In this document: one piece after another, positions 1-11,615 of the stretch
Position numbering within the stretch: position 1 is the first letter of the stretch
Layout of the letters: each line of letters opens with the position of its first letter
DNA from: Octopus vulgaris
Taxonomy: Eukaryota
Assembly: GCA_951406725.2 (NCBI GenBank)
Contig: OX597816.1
Span: 105,400,001 to 105,464,000 of the forward strand
Length of the DNA: 64,000 nt
Direction: 5' to 3'
The notes under the pieces: model-generated
What the model saw: only the letters and a program-made list of their open reading frames with translations
The model's database searches: none
Told to the model about the DNA's origin: nothing
Position numbers and translations under genes: made by a program

Positions 1-284
1 CAAACACAACTCGCTTCTCATTCGAACACATTTGCAAAAGCACACCGACGGTCGAATTGCCATAACAATACAGAAAAGGTAAATTGGTTTTTAATTTACT
101 TTCTGTCGTTAAATTTTGGTAGTATTAATTGGCGAGCGTACTTTTAACAGGAATCATGAGAATTGTCTTATCAATATATTTTTCAAAAACCAAATGTTTT
201 CAGACATCTAAATTTATGAGATATACTTATAATCCATTTTTGAATAGTGACCTTTTCTTCGTGGCCGTCTGCCAGCCTTGTCTG

Positions 285-461
285 GCACATAAAATCACCC
301 ACTACACTCTTGGAGTGGTTGGCATTAGGAAGGGCATCCAGCTGTAGAAACACTGCCAGATCTGACTGGCCTGGTGCAGCCTTCGGGCTTGCCAGACCCC
401 AGTTGAACCGTCCAACCCATGCTAGCATGGAAAGCGGACGTTAAACGATGATGATGATGAC
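285..461 (+). mobile_element. 3' tail of RTE-type LINE (or its partner SINE)
   Basis: ggcattaggaagggcatccagctgtagaaac...gcggacgttaaacgatgatg; same tail ends the RT-bearing copy at 18770-20130. Confidence 0.8.
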
Positions 462-504
462 TTCTGTTGTCAATTGTTGACAGAAAGAAATTGTAAGCTA
501 GTAA

Positions 505-868
505 GGTGTGTACGTATGTATTATGTGTGTATGTGTGTATGTATGTATGTGTGTATCTATGTATGTATGTATGGATGTGTGTATATATTTGTGTATGTAT
601 GTACATATGTATGAAAGTATGTGTGAATGTATGTATTTATGTGTGTATGTATGTATGTGTGTATGTATGCATGTGTATGTATGCACTTTATGTATGTATG
701 TATGTGTGTATAAATACATACATACACACATACATAAGGTGTGTGTGTGTGTGTGTGTGTGTAGGAAGTGAAGGATAAAAATATTGCAAGAAGTGGACAG
801 ATGTACATATATATATCCATACATACATGTGTGTGTGTGTCTATGTATGTGTATTAATGTGTGTGTGT
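505..868. repeat. Compound (TG)n/(TATG)n microsatellite
   Basis: Seen directly; source of the spurious YTH/VCM ORFs. Confidence 0.9.
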
Positions 869-870
869 TA

Positions 871-1228
871 TCTCTATATAAAGCTGAAGTTGTCTGTGTG
901 CATCACGTTTGGTAACCTTCAACTAACACTATCTCCTCCGAGACCCTGCGGCGCAAGTTGACCAAAATTGAGAGTATGATAGAAGAAGGGTTGCTCTTCC
1001 TTCCGTAGAACATAAAATTCAAATCGGACCATGTTAACACCAAAAATTATTTACATCAAAAAGCTGCTTTTTTCTATGAAAATCCCCATTTTTTACGATT
1101 TTTTCACTGCTGTGTCGCCACTTTTTGGTGTATTTCGACCAGAAAAATTTTCACAAAATTTTTACTTTTCAAAATTACAATTCCAGCGGGTCGAAACAAA
1201 CCCGAGCAACGCTGGGCGATACTGCTAG
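871..1228 (+). mobile_element. Non-autonomous Helitron
   Basis: 5' TC after A, 3' CTAG before T, subterminal hairpin cccgagcaacgctggg. Confidence 0.75.
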
Positions 1229-1340
1229 TTTAAGATAAATAGGATATATCTTTGGATTATCTACCCTGAACAACACAATTTCAAAAAGACATATTTCTTG
1301 AGTCAAATTAAGAGAAATATAGTTGATTTAATTTAATCAC

Positions 1341-1461
1341 CTTCATAAGGATTAGGTTGAATGTTCAAAGCTTTCACTGCAGCTGCATCCAACTTCAAAT
1401 ACTGCTTCAGATCGAATGTAGACAATTTGAATTGGCCAAAGTAGCCCTCATCAGAAAGTAA
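1341..1461 (-). CDS. MSH2: MSH2 exon 11 ([40 protein letters not shown]); gene continues beyond the window start
   Basis: Resembles human [35 protein letters not shown]/GT, 121 nt; the ATPase-domain exons are not in the window. Confidence 0.96.
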
Positions 1462-2078
1462 CTAAAATATAATAAAGAAACACCTTAAATATGCACAATT
1501 ATAGGCAACATATTTACCAAGCATACACAAACAGTATGATAAAGTGAATGCAGAATAAGATTTCAGAATAAAAGAAAAAATACACAAACATGCACACAGC
1601 TGCAAGTTACTTTCCCAGATAAAAAAGTCTAAGAAGGATGTAAAATTCAGAATCAGACAATTAATTATAAGTTTGATATAAAAAGAGCTATAGGCTTACT
1701 AAAAGAACTCTAAGTCATGTAAGCCTACTATAAATTCATCTTTACCAAATAATTTTGTCTGTTACTCAGCATTGGCAGGATGAATCTATTAAATACTATT
1801 GCTAAATTTCCAATCAATTTATTTTGTGGTGATAATATGGTTAAAATAGAAAGATTTTATAGAACCTACTTACAACTGATGTATTAGCAAGTACTATGTA
1901 ATGTAATTAGTAGTACAGGTAACAGGCAACTGTAGTAAGATTTCCATCAACAAGAATGCTTCTCTTTGTCTTAAGTTGGTGATTATAATGTCTGATATTA
2001 TATTTAAAACTTAACAGTTAATTTATGAGGTAAACATTTTTGATATGTTTATATGAAATTTGATTGCAAGAAACATAC

Positions 2079-2137
2079 CTCCAAATACTTGACTAGGGAA
2101 GACAATGCTGCCATAGCAAGAGTGTTATCAAGCTCAG
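2079..2137 (-). CDS. MSH2: MSH2 exon 10 (PELDNTLAMAALSSLVKYLE)
   Basis: Resembles human [22 protein letters not shown]/GT, 59 nt. Confidence 0.94.
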
Positions 2138-2226
2138 CTGCAGAGAAAAATAAAGAAACCATAATCAATTAAATGTTATAAACAAATAAAGCAAAATTTT
2201 AATGTTATTTAAATCACAATACTAAC

Positions 2227-2313
2227 GTAAAGCAGCACTGTTCTGTTGGTCTTCCTTCTGGAACTTAAGCAGCCTGTTCAAGTCTTGGACTATATCTTTG
2301 CTTTGGAAATCAC
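2227..2313 (-). CDS. MSH2: MSH2 exon 9 (GDFQSKDIVQDLNRLLKFQKEDQQNSAAL)
   Basis: KDI.QDLNRLL signature; AG/GT, 87 nt. Confidence 0.96.
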
Positions 2314-2850
2314 CTGAAGATGAAAAAAACAGAGTCAAGTAAACTGATATTTAAAATCACAAAAAACTGTTAAAAATAGAGGAAAGCTAAACTACATATG
2401 ACCTGATTATTATTATGAAAGCTTCATTGTTTTGTAATGCAAAAAAAAAAAGTTTTATATTAATTAGTTAAACTGGGTTTAAATTAACATGTTTCTGCAG
2501 ACTGTTTAATCCTTTAGCATTCAGCTTACTCTGTCAAATATAATGCTTATTTATACACATTATTTTGAATTAACCATGCATTATCTTGTAGCTTCAACAT
2601 TTCGATAATGTGATTGTTTTAGAAGATAAATTAATAAATTGTGTGTATAACAATATTGAATTCTGTCAAAACATGTACTAAAAGTTTTTCAGTACCTTTG
2701 CATAGAGATCAACCCATTTAAAACAGTGTAGATGTAAATATCAAAAGAAAAACTGTTCATGTCTAAAAATGTTTAATGGTCCAACAAACTGTTACACTTT
2801 CACATATTTCTAAGTAGCTAGAAGTCAGAGAAAACAAAATGAAAACAAAC

Positions 2851-2971
2851 CTTTCTTTTTTTCAGTAATTAAAAGTCCACTTCGGGTAATAACCTGTTTT
2901 AGCCAGGCTGAGTCATTGATTTCACTAGCACACACAATACACTCTTTTGGTCCCAACTGAACAATGAGAGC
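2851..2971 (-). CDS. MSH2: MSH2 exon 8 (ALIVQLGPKECIVCASEINDSAWLKQVITRSGLLITEKKK)
   Basis: Q.GPKEC signature; AG/GT, 121 nt. Confidence 0.96.
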
Positions 2972-3143
2972 CTTGAAATGATAGCAGAAAAGTGTTCAAA
3001 AGTAGTTACTAAGTTATATGGTTTGTTCAGGAAAGGAAAGGTAGTACTCAAGACTTATTTGTAGCTCCAAGACTAGTTGTAGTGAGGCAATATGAAAAAA
3101 TTACATGCAATAGATTGGCTACAATACACAAATTTTTTTTTTC

Positions 3144-3351
3144 TATTTTACTCTACTGGACCTCCATAGCCATTTGAAGTTTTTTAAAAATCCTATTTTT
3201 ATGATTAAATATTATTAGGAACTTGTATGAGAAATTGTTAAAATCATCATCATGATTTTAACAATTTCTCATACAAGTTCCTAATATTTAATCATAAAAA
3301 TACGATTTTTAAAAACTTCAAATGGCTATGGAGGTCCAGTAGAGTAAAATA
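3144..3351. repeat. Near-perfect inverted repeat (~100 bp arms, almost no spacer) in MSH2 intron 7
   Basis: tattttactctactggacctccatagcc...ggctatggaggtccagtagagtaaaata. Confidence 0.92.
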
Positions 3352-3419
3352 AAAATAAAAAAAAAACGGTTGAAGCCCACTGGTTTAACTAGAACGTCTG
3401 TCAATGTCTTTCCATTTTC

Positions 3420-3620
3420 ACCATCAACATTTAAAGCATATTTTTCATGCTGGAATATGTTGGATGGCTTGACAGGAACTGATAAGGCCAGGGGCTGCAT
3501 CAGATTCAACAGTTTGTTTTGGCTTGGTTTCTATGGTTGGATACCCTTCTTAATGCCAACCATTTTACAAAGTGTATATGGCTGCTTTTTACATAGCAGT
3601 ACCAGTGCTTTATATGTGGT
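3420..3620 (-). mobile_element. Degenerate RTE LINE 3' tail
   Basis: Reverse-complement similarity to 285-461. Confidence 0.6.
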
Positions 3621-3761
3621 ACCAGCACCCACACCAATGTTCTTTTTCATGATGCTTGAATATGAGAGATATTTGGCTGGTATTTCTAGTGTGTTAAGTG
3701 GACATGTAGAAGCAGCCTGAATGGCTCATTAATATGCAAATGTTGTCAAATGCAAACTCAC

Positions 3762-3848
3762 CTCCAAATTTGAAAACTGATCATTGTCAGTGAACTCACA
3801 GACCTCCATTTTGTGGGATGTCAACTCCACAAGAGCTGTTCCAACCAT
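3762..3848 (-). CDS. MSH2: MSH2 exon 7 (MVGTALVELTSHKMEVCEFTDNDQFSNLE)
   Basis: CEF.DNDQFSNLE signature; AG/GT, 87 nt. Confidence 0.97.
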
Positions 3849-5611
3849 CTACATTAAGAATAAAAAACTCATTTTTTATATTTAATAGAAAGTAGTTTTC
3901 TATATAAATACAATCACATAAAAACATCACCGTTTAACGTCCACTTTCCATGCTGGCAAACTACAAATTTTAATTAGTAACATGACTAGTGTAAAACTGC
4001 TATACTAGTGATCATAAAGTAATCAATTATATCCTTATACTAATGCAAAAAGTGTTGTGATTCTGGGTAAGTCACAATCACCTGTGGACTAATCTGCCTG
4101 ACTAACAAGTCCTACATCTACTCATTTCATAGTTGAGAGGAAGAGCATCTAGAGATAAATATAGTAAAAGAAGAAAAGACAATATTAAAACTATTAAATA
4201 ATGGATGACTAATTTTTATGTAAGAGTATCTATGATAAAAAGAAGTTGCTTAATACAATCTGAACCCTACAAAATCAAGTCCATGTAATGAATAAGCTGA
4301 ACGAAGACAATGACTGATGTAGGTGAAATCAGTTCAAGCTATGAGGGTATTGTTAAATAAGGTTGGGAGTGTGATCAAATTCAGAGTGACAGATGTAGTG
4401 TACAAATGAATATTCACTAAGGCTTTGTTCTCAGCCAACACCTAGTCAGTGCAAGTCCCAAGAAAAGAACATAGGAGCTATAGGATTAGGCAGGTATCCT
4501 TAGAAACATTTATATTGATAAACTGATCTTCATTACAGAATTTGTTGAAGAGCTGAAGAAAAAGTTTGAATGAAGGAAAATGTCTGAAGAATTAATATGG
4601 CAAAGACATTCTCAGAGAGAGAGAGAGAGTGTGTGTGTGTACACAAAGATTTGTGATCTAATGCAGAAATGGCCATATTTAATGTTGGCAAAAAGTTTGT
4701 AATATAATAGATGTAATGGAATATAAGGCAGACTAACAGGTAAACCAAGACATCAGGTGCACAGTTGTAAAACAGGAAAGAGTTTTGCAGATAATTCATT
4801 AAAAGTGGTAGCACAAATTATCTAGAGATGTCTTCTGAAAATATAGTAAAAGCTAGATAAAAAAAAAACACAGATGTTTAGGGAATGTCTACATCTGCTG
4901 GAAACAAAAAACTTCACTTTCCATGAAATGACCGGTTGTTTGAAGCTTGTGCATAAATGTGGTTTTGAACAAGAGAGGCAGCTTTTAAGTAAAAACCTGT
5001 AGGATCTGGTGAGGAACAAACTAAGTGTGATTCCATGGATATGCAATGTCAACCCGTCTGTGAGCAAAGAGAGGCCAACAGCATTGAAGGGCATTGATCA
5101 ATATTTGAAAGAAAGACTACTGCTGCTATAATTATATAATGCAAATGCACAACTACTACTAGATGAAAAAGATGTAATGAGTTGACAAAAGTAATGGTTA
5201 ACCAAAGCAGACAAAGGAAGAGATCTGAGAATGTGGCACCTCACAGACAAAGTAATCCTTGATCTGAAATATACTGTACTGCAGACTCAACAAACCACAG
5301 AATTAGGAAGAAAAGGACTTAGTTGACAGACTGTATATATACTGAAGCTGCAGACAGAGTAATAAATAAATTCTCAACTCAATACAGATAGCATCTCAAA
5401 TTTTATAGAAATCTCAATGTGTACATAGACATTTCTTGAACATATATAAAAATGACCATGCTAAAATACACAATTCATCATGAATAAATGTTTAGTGAGC
5501 ACAAAATTAAGGAAGATAATCAGTCTTTGTATGTGCTTTTGCTTACAAATGAAATAATTTTTTAAGTGTTTAGGGGCTTTGTTTTCCAGAAAAGAAATCA
5601 AACAGACATAC

Positions 5612-5722
5612 CTGTTGGCCATTGACTGTACCAATCTTAACAGCCAAAACTCCAGTAGCAGATGACATTTCACAATTAGTGAACAGAATATCTTCAAACT
5701 GAACCAGGTTTCCAGGAGAAGC
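5612..5722 (-). CDS. MSH2: MSH2 exon 6 ([37 protein letters not shown])
   Basis: ASPGNL.QFEDILF signature; AG/GT, 111 nt. Confidence 0.97.
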
Positions 5723-6438
5723 CTTTCAAATGAAAAAAAAATTTAATAGAAAGATAGTTAACATCAACTCTAAAACCAACAATATTTTCAAATAAGAAAC
5801 GGTCACTATTCAAAAATGCATTATAATAAATCTCAAAATTAAATGTCTGAAAACATTTGGTTTTTAAAAAATATATTGAAATTCTCTCAATAAGTTCAAA
5901 GTGCAAGGCCAATTGATTATAGTGCTGAAGTAGGAAACAGACTATATCCTATTTGAAGTAGCCTAATTACATATTTATGAGTGATGAATTGTTAACCAAG
6001 AAAAGGTTAAATGGACGAGATTGATGCACAAGATATTTAACGGAGAATTAAAAACAAATTAGGAAATAAAATGTGAAGAATAGGTCCAGTTGGGTGCTGA
6101 AACTTAAGCAAAGAGATAACTTGTGACTGAGAATTCAAAACCACTAAAAAACTGAGGAATTATTTTTTTACTGGAGCATCCAAGTGTTCATAAAACATTA
6201 ACAAAAAAGGAATTAAAATAAAATTCCATGTCTAGATTAGTATTTCTTAACCATTTTTGTCCCGCACCTCACTTCTAGTCTGCCCTACAATAAATGGACA
6301 AAGTATATAGCATGTTTGAAATTAGTTTTCATTTAAGACTTTATTGCAATTTTATTCAGTTGCTAGTTACTTATGCCATCATCCTGAAACACTGAGCTAA
6401 ATATTAAACAAGAACATTTTTATAAAACTTAAAATTAC

Positions 6439-6575
6439 CTTGAAATCCAATGACCATTCATTTTTACTTTTGGATCTGTAAAGCTCCACTCTATAAGCTT
6501 TGACAAGTAACAAATCACGTACAAGTGACTCAAAGTTCAATTTGCTTAATACCACAGATTCCATCTTGTTTGAGC
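6439..6575 (-). CDS. MSH2: MSH2 exon 5 ([46 protein letters not shown])
   Basis: Lies within ORF 6397..6609; SVVLSK.NFES.V.DLLLV..YRVE motif of MSH2; AG/GT, 137 nt. Confidence 0.97.
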
Positions 6576-6819
6576 CTGAAAAAAAATACACCTCCTTCTT
6601 TAAATACAATTCTCAATTACAAAACCAACTGATCATAACTTTTAAATGCAGTTTTCAGAGATTTGTAATCACTCACATTAAATAGCTTATCCCATTTGTT
6701 GTTATCACAATGTTTTGGCTCATGTACTTTTCAGCCTTCATTAAGTGTTCTGACGGAATTTTGGACCCGACCCATTATTTGACTAATGGGGTACATTGTT
6801 CTCATTCTTAAGATATGTT

Positions 6820-7125
6820 GCTGATGTTAGGGTATTCAGCTCACAATCACAAGGTTGTAAGTTTGATTCCCAAAAACATGATGAAACCTTGAGCAAGATA
6901 CTTTATTGCCCATTGCTCCAATCCACTCAGCTAGCAAAAGTAAGGTGTACCTATATTTCAAAGGGTTTGTCTTGTCAAATTTTGTATCATGCTGAATCTC
7001 CCCAAGAACTATGTTCAGGGTATGCATATCTGTAACATGCTCAACCAATTGCACATTAATTTCATAAGCAGGCTGTTTTGTTAATTCGATCAACTGGAAC
7101 CCTCATTGTCATAACCAATGGAGTG
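6820..7125 (+). mobile_element. Degenerate SINE with tRNA-like head and ccttgagcaag core
   Basis: Similar to 41980-42125 and 23170-23290. Confidence 0.6.
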
Positions 7126-7675
7126 TCAGTTGTACATTTGTTTTGTTTTTCACTGATTGGCAACTTCACTAACATTGCAACCACTAGCTCAAAGACTATT
7201 TATCCCTATTACTTCTACAATAGCACCTGCTTCTTTGAACAAATAATCTACATAGATACTATTCCACGACATGCATTCCTTATTTCTACTTCACTTCATC
7301 ATTCGAGTGTCTCAGGTACCAAACCCCACACTAAATAGTTTTCTTCCAATTCTTCCTATCTAGAATTTCCTTGTTGCTCATTTTCCCAAAGAATTTCAAA
7401 ATGAATAAAACCACATCAGCCATAGCATTTTGGGAGAGTCTGCAAAGGGCATGGGCTCTGCTTCTCCCCATCCACCTATAACAAATATCAATGCCCGATA
7501 GATTCTTCAATTAACATAAATCATTGAAAACATGTGAAGTTCACAAAATATACAATATAACATATGAAATTAAAAATTAACATTCAGTAATTATTTACTG
7601 TTGATTCAAAATTTAATTGAATTCACAATTTCAAAATTATTTAAAGTTTTTGATGGTACATTAAAACAGCCATAC

Positions 7676-7763
7676 CAGAACCAAGATATTTCACGACACC
7701 CAAGGTTTTGAATACTTCTTTAGCCACAAATAATGCATCGCTGCCATGGACTGTATAGTAATC
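7676..7763 (-). CDS. MSH2: MSH2 exon 4 ([29 protein letters not shown])
   Basis: MutS domain I; resembles human [30 protein letters not shown]/GT, 88 nt. Confidence 0.96.
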
Positions 7764-7993
7764 CTAGAAATAAATTATAATACTTTAGAAGGATATAACA
7801 AATTTAGTAAGTTCAAATAAATCTGAAATTTTACACTAATTTTCAATGACAAGAGCACAATTAGATCTCAGCCAGTCATTTGAATCAAAAGAAAATCAAT
7901 CAAACCATTTCCTAAGTTATATTCTGGTTGTGATTTTTACCTTTCATCAGCATTAATAAGATCAAGGGTGAGATGAAATGTAAAAAATTGCCA

Positions 7994-8378
7994 AGCATAG
8001 GAGTGGCTGTGTGGTAAGTAGCTTGCTTACCAACCACATGGTTCTGGGATCAGTCCCACTGCGTGGCACCTTGGGCAAGTGTCTTCTACTATAGCCTCAG
8101 GCCGACCAAAGCCTTGTGAGTGGATTTGGTAGACGGAAACTGAAAGAAGCCCGTCGTATATATATATATGTGTATGTTTGTGTGTTGTGTTTGTCCCCCC
8201 CCCCCCAACATCGCTTGACAACCGATGCTGGTGTGTTTACGTCTCCGTAACTTAGCGGTTCGGCAAAAGAGACCGATAGAATAAGTACTAGGCTTACAAA
8301 GAATAAGTCCTGGGGTCGATTTCCTCGACTAAAGGCGGTGCTCCAGCATGACCAGTCAAATGACTGAAACAAGTAAAT
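7994..8378 (+). mobile_element. tRNA-derived SINE (dominant family), full length
   Basis: A/B-box-like head gtggctgtgtggtaag...ggatcagtccc; many near-identical copies in the window. Confidence 0.9.
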
Positions 8379-9059
8379 GAAAAATTCCATTGAAGATATT
8401 TTAATTTTTAATTATTTTACTTCGTAAACAAACTGATCCCTAATTTGTAGTGTTTAAATACTCTTCCAATTACAGTTTTTCGAACACTACAAAGAATAAC
8501 ACTAAATATTCTTCAAAAATTAATCACTAAACAGAAAAGTATCGACATGCACTATATAAAAATATTTACATCGTTAAGAATAGGTAATAAGTTGCTTCCC
8601 CTAAACTGTCATTAAGTTCAGTAGAGCAAATGCTGCGAATTTAATAGACACTAAATATTGGAGCGGTGAAAGGGTACAGGGTGTTTCTAGAGACGATTCT
8701 CAATATTAAGTCAACAGTGCCGCAAACTTGATTTCAGGTCCACATTCAAAGGCAAAATTTTTCAATGTTTATTATTTTTAATAACTCTCAACTGAATGAT
8801 GATCGATAGTAGACTATCAGTCGCTCTATTTAACACCTGGAACATAAATGGAATCCAGTCTGTTGCAAGGGCCAGTGCACTCACCTTCCTCTTCCGAGGG
8901 ATAGGTAGGAATAAAAAAAATAAAATTCATGCTGATTCAACAAAGACAACCTAATCATGTTTAGGTTCTAGAATTGAAAATTACGAATACATTATGCAAA
9001 ATTTGGTTCTTTTTAGAGAAAAAAAATGTTAATGTCTTTACAAGAAAAACAATACTTAC

Positions 9060-9095
9060 TGTCCGATCAAATATCCTAAGCGTCGCACTGGACTT
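9060..9095 (-). CDS. MSH2: MSH2 exon 3 (KSSATLRIFDRT)
   Basis: ccccAG acceptor, GTAAGT donor, 36 nt; resembles human KPTTTVRLFDRG. Confidence 0.92.
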
Positions 9096-9171
9096 CTGGG
9101 GAATATATATGAAAAAAAAAGGGTATTTGTTATTGTCATCGGCATTCTTTCGATAAGAGTCCCATTTACAT

Positions 9172-9290
9172 CACGTGTATTTGTTTACATTTGAAGATCG
9201 TCACTTTCCGTAAATTTTTTATTTTTTTATAAAGGGGGTTAGAGTTAGGGTGCGTATCTTTTTTCTTCATAAATGTAAATAAACCACGTG
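9172..9290. repeat. Small MITE-like element with imperfect terminal inverted repeats and a TTAGGG-like centre
   Basis: cacgtgtatttgtttacatttgaaga ... tcttcataaatgtaaataaaccacgtg. Confidence 0.55.
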
Positions 9291-9883
9291 GGTTTATAAG
9301 TGACAGTTAAAATCAGAACTATTAAACACAAACAGCATTAACGCTGAAAACTAAATTATGGCTGAGTGCATATGAACTGAAAATTGAATAATTAGCAAAT
9401 TTATTCAAACATTATATTCAGAATACAAGTCACATAATTTTCTCTCTGAAGCATTCGTAAACTGCATATCATCTAAGTGAAATACATTGGAAAATTTCTC
9501 CAGAAAGTAGTGAAAAACAGGGTGATGTCAGTCGTTCAGACCTTTTATAGCGATACAGTTAATCTCTCGTAGCTGGTCTTACCTTTCACTGAAATATAGG
9601 TAGACTGTAGTTCTTAACTGGGGATCTGAGCGAGATGGTTCAAATCCAGGCAGAAATTTCACTGCACTTTTAATAAACTATTACTCTACAAACTAAAGAA
9701 ATCACACTCTATAGAAATATTTGTCGACCAGAGCCTGTTTTTATAAACAACTCTTGGCGAGTTTACACGATTGCACAGAGCTTTTCTTAAATAAATTCAG
9801 ATTTACCAAGTTAAAGTCTGCGAACTTTTGCTTCTGTTCAGCAGTAGTACAAATATTACACTCGTGTTTGAAAGGTAGCTCAC

Positions 9884-9933
9884 CTCCGGTAATTTTCGAA
9901 AGAAAGATATAAAACCCTGTTCCTGGATGCTGT
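9884..9933 (-). CDS. MSH2: MSH2 exon 2 (DSIQEQGFISFFRKLPE)
   Basis: ttgcAG acceptor, GTGAG donor, 50 nt; resembles human ESAAEVGFVRFFQGMPE. Confidence 0.92.
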
Positions 9934-10042
9934 CTGCAATAGAAAAATAGCACGAATCATTAAGGTTTGGGATATCATTATAGCTGTATAATTACTGAAT
10001 AAAAAGAATGGATGGAAACTTATTTGGTATAATTTTACTTAC

Positions 10043-10076
10043 CTAACTGGAGTTCTTTACAGCTTTGTACAGCCAT
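10043..10076 (-). CDS. MSH2: MSH2 coding exon 1 (MAVQSCKELQL)
   Basis: ATG at 10076; peptide resembles the MSH2 N-terminus (human MAVQPKETLQL); donor GTAAGT; 34 nt, phase 1. Confidence 0.92.
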
Positions 10077-10090
10077 TTTGAATGTCACTC

Positions 10091-10204
10091 AACGCGGGAA
10101 ATGTAAACAGGAAGTAGCATTAAGAACCGCGGGAAACGTAAACAGGAAGTAACGCGGGAAATGTAAACAGAAACTGACGTTAAAATCTGCGGGAAATGTA
10201 ACTG
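10091..10204 (-). promoter_or_regulatory. MSH2 proximal promoter/5' UTR with four E2F-like sites plus Forkhead-like and ETS-like motifs
   Basis: GCGGGAAA x4 (about 10094, 10129, 10154, 10189), GTAAACA x3, CAGGAAGT x2; CpG-bearing patch directly 5' of the ATG. Confidence 0.7.
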
Positions 10205-10387
10205 CAGCGTCCAATGATTTAATTTATTGATTTCAATTAGTCAAGTGACATAGTTACACTACTGTATCAGTCTGTTCTGAGAATATGATGAGAGGTTCAG
10301 CTTCTCAGACGGGGTTGGCTTTCAGTAATCGGTTGGTGACTGGCTATTCTAAGAGTTAGAAATATCTTAAAATACCATATTTTATTT

Positions 10388-10773
10388 TTTACTTGTCTCA
10401 GTTATTTTTGACTGCGGCTATGCTGGGGTACCGCCTTCGAGGGTTTTAGTCGAAGAAATAAACCATAGGACTTATGTCTTTTAAAGCTTGGTACTTATTC
10501 TATCAGTCTCTTTTGCGAATCGCTGGGTTGTGGGGACGTAAACAAACCAACACTAGTTTAGCGGTTGTAGGGAACAAAGACGCATATATATTTATATATT
10601 TATACATATTTACAACTGGCTTCTTTCAGTGTCCGACTACAAAATTCACTCAGAAGGTTTCAGTTGGTTTGAGGCTATATAAGAAACTTGCCCAAGTTGC
10701 CACCCAGTGGGACTGAACCTGGAATCATGTGGTTGGGAAGCATACTTCTTAGCATGCATCCACGCCTGCGCCT
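10388..10773 (-). mobile_element. tRNA-derived SINE (dominant family), diverged
   Basis: Reverse-complement homology to 7994-8378. Confidence 0.85.
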
Positions 10774-11289
10774 ATGGAGTTTCCTGAGAGATTTATTTTC
10801 TAAGCTGAGCAGGAGTAGTCTCTAAGTGATTACTCCTTTACCAGTTTATGGAACCTGTTTTCATTTAGCTGAATACTCGTTACTGTTCAAAAATTTGTTT
10901 ATAAATTGAGGATAAAATCTACATATTAAATATTTAATGGTATTTATTACAGCATTGTAAAAAAGAAGGTGGGGACACAAGCTCCACCAGTTTGTTACTG
11001 TTAAATTTCTTAAATCACACCATACTGTCTTTTGAGTGGCAGCATACATTTGATAATGTACTCTTATATACACTATACTCGTAACACTGAATGATCTTAG
11101 CTGGAACTCAATTGATCATAGATCTATACCAGCAGGGCTAGTCCTCGTCATAAATAAAATATTAATAAACCTAATCGTACCATAAACCTCATTTGAGGTT
11201 ACCGTGTATTTTCTGAAGAGTGAAAGCAACGAATGCCATAATTTGAAAAGTTGCTTTCGTACGTTAAGTAACTGTCTCATCAGTTTATA

Positions 11290-11615
11290 TTTCGTTTTTG
11301 GATTTGGTTTGCAAGATTCTTTATATGAGTTCGTGTGTTGAAGCATATTCTGCTGTGTCTTGGGAGAGTCATTTTCTTTTTGTGCCTTATAATGTAACAC
11401 ACTCACCGGTAACATTTCCACTTATTTCTTATTTTTATTTTCCTGAAATTTTCGTTGCTTCTTGCAACCTTTTCAATAGTGACTATTGAGAAGGTTGCAA
11501 GACGCAATGAAAATTTCAGGAATATAGAAATAAGAAATAAGTGGAAATTTTACCGTTGAGTATGTTACATTATAAGGCACAAAAAGAAAATTACTCTCCC
11601 CAGACAGAACAGAAT
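11290..11615. mobile_element. Palindromic non-autonomous element, probably derived from a Penelope pseudo-LTR
   Basis: Inverted arms of ~134 bp centred at 11481; second copy at 17551-17740. Confidence 0.7.

Noticed and set aside
325-824. ORFs rich in YTH/VCM (also 41571-41987, 44575-44902 and others)
   Set aside because: Translations of microsatellites
9590-9660. tRNA-like B box ggttcaaatcc
   Set aside because: No cloverleaf; probably a decayed SINE head
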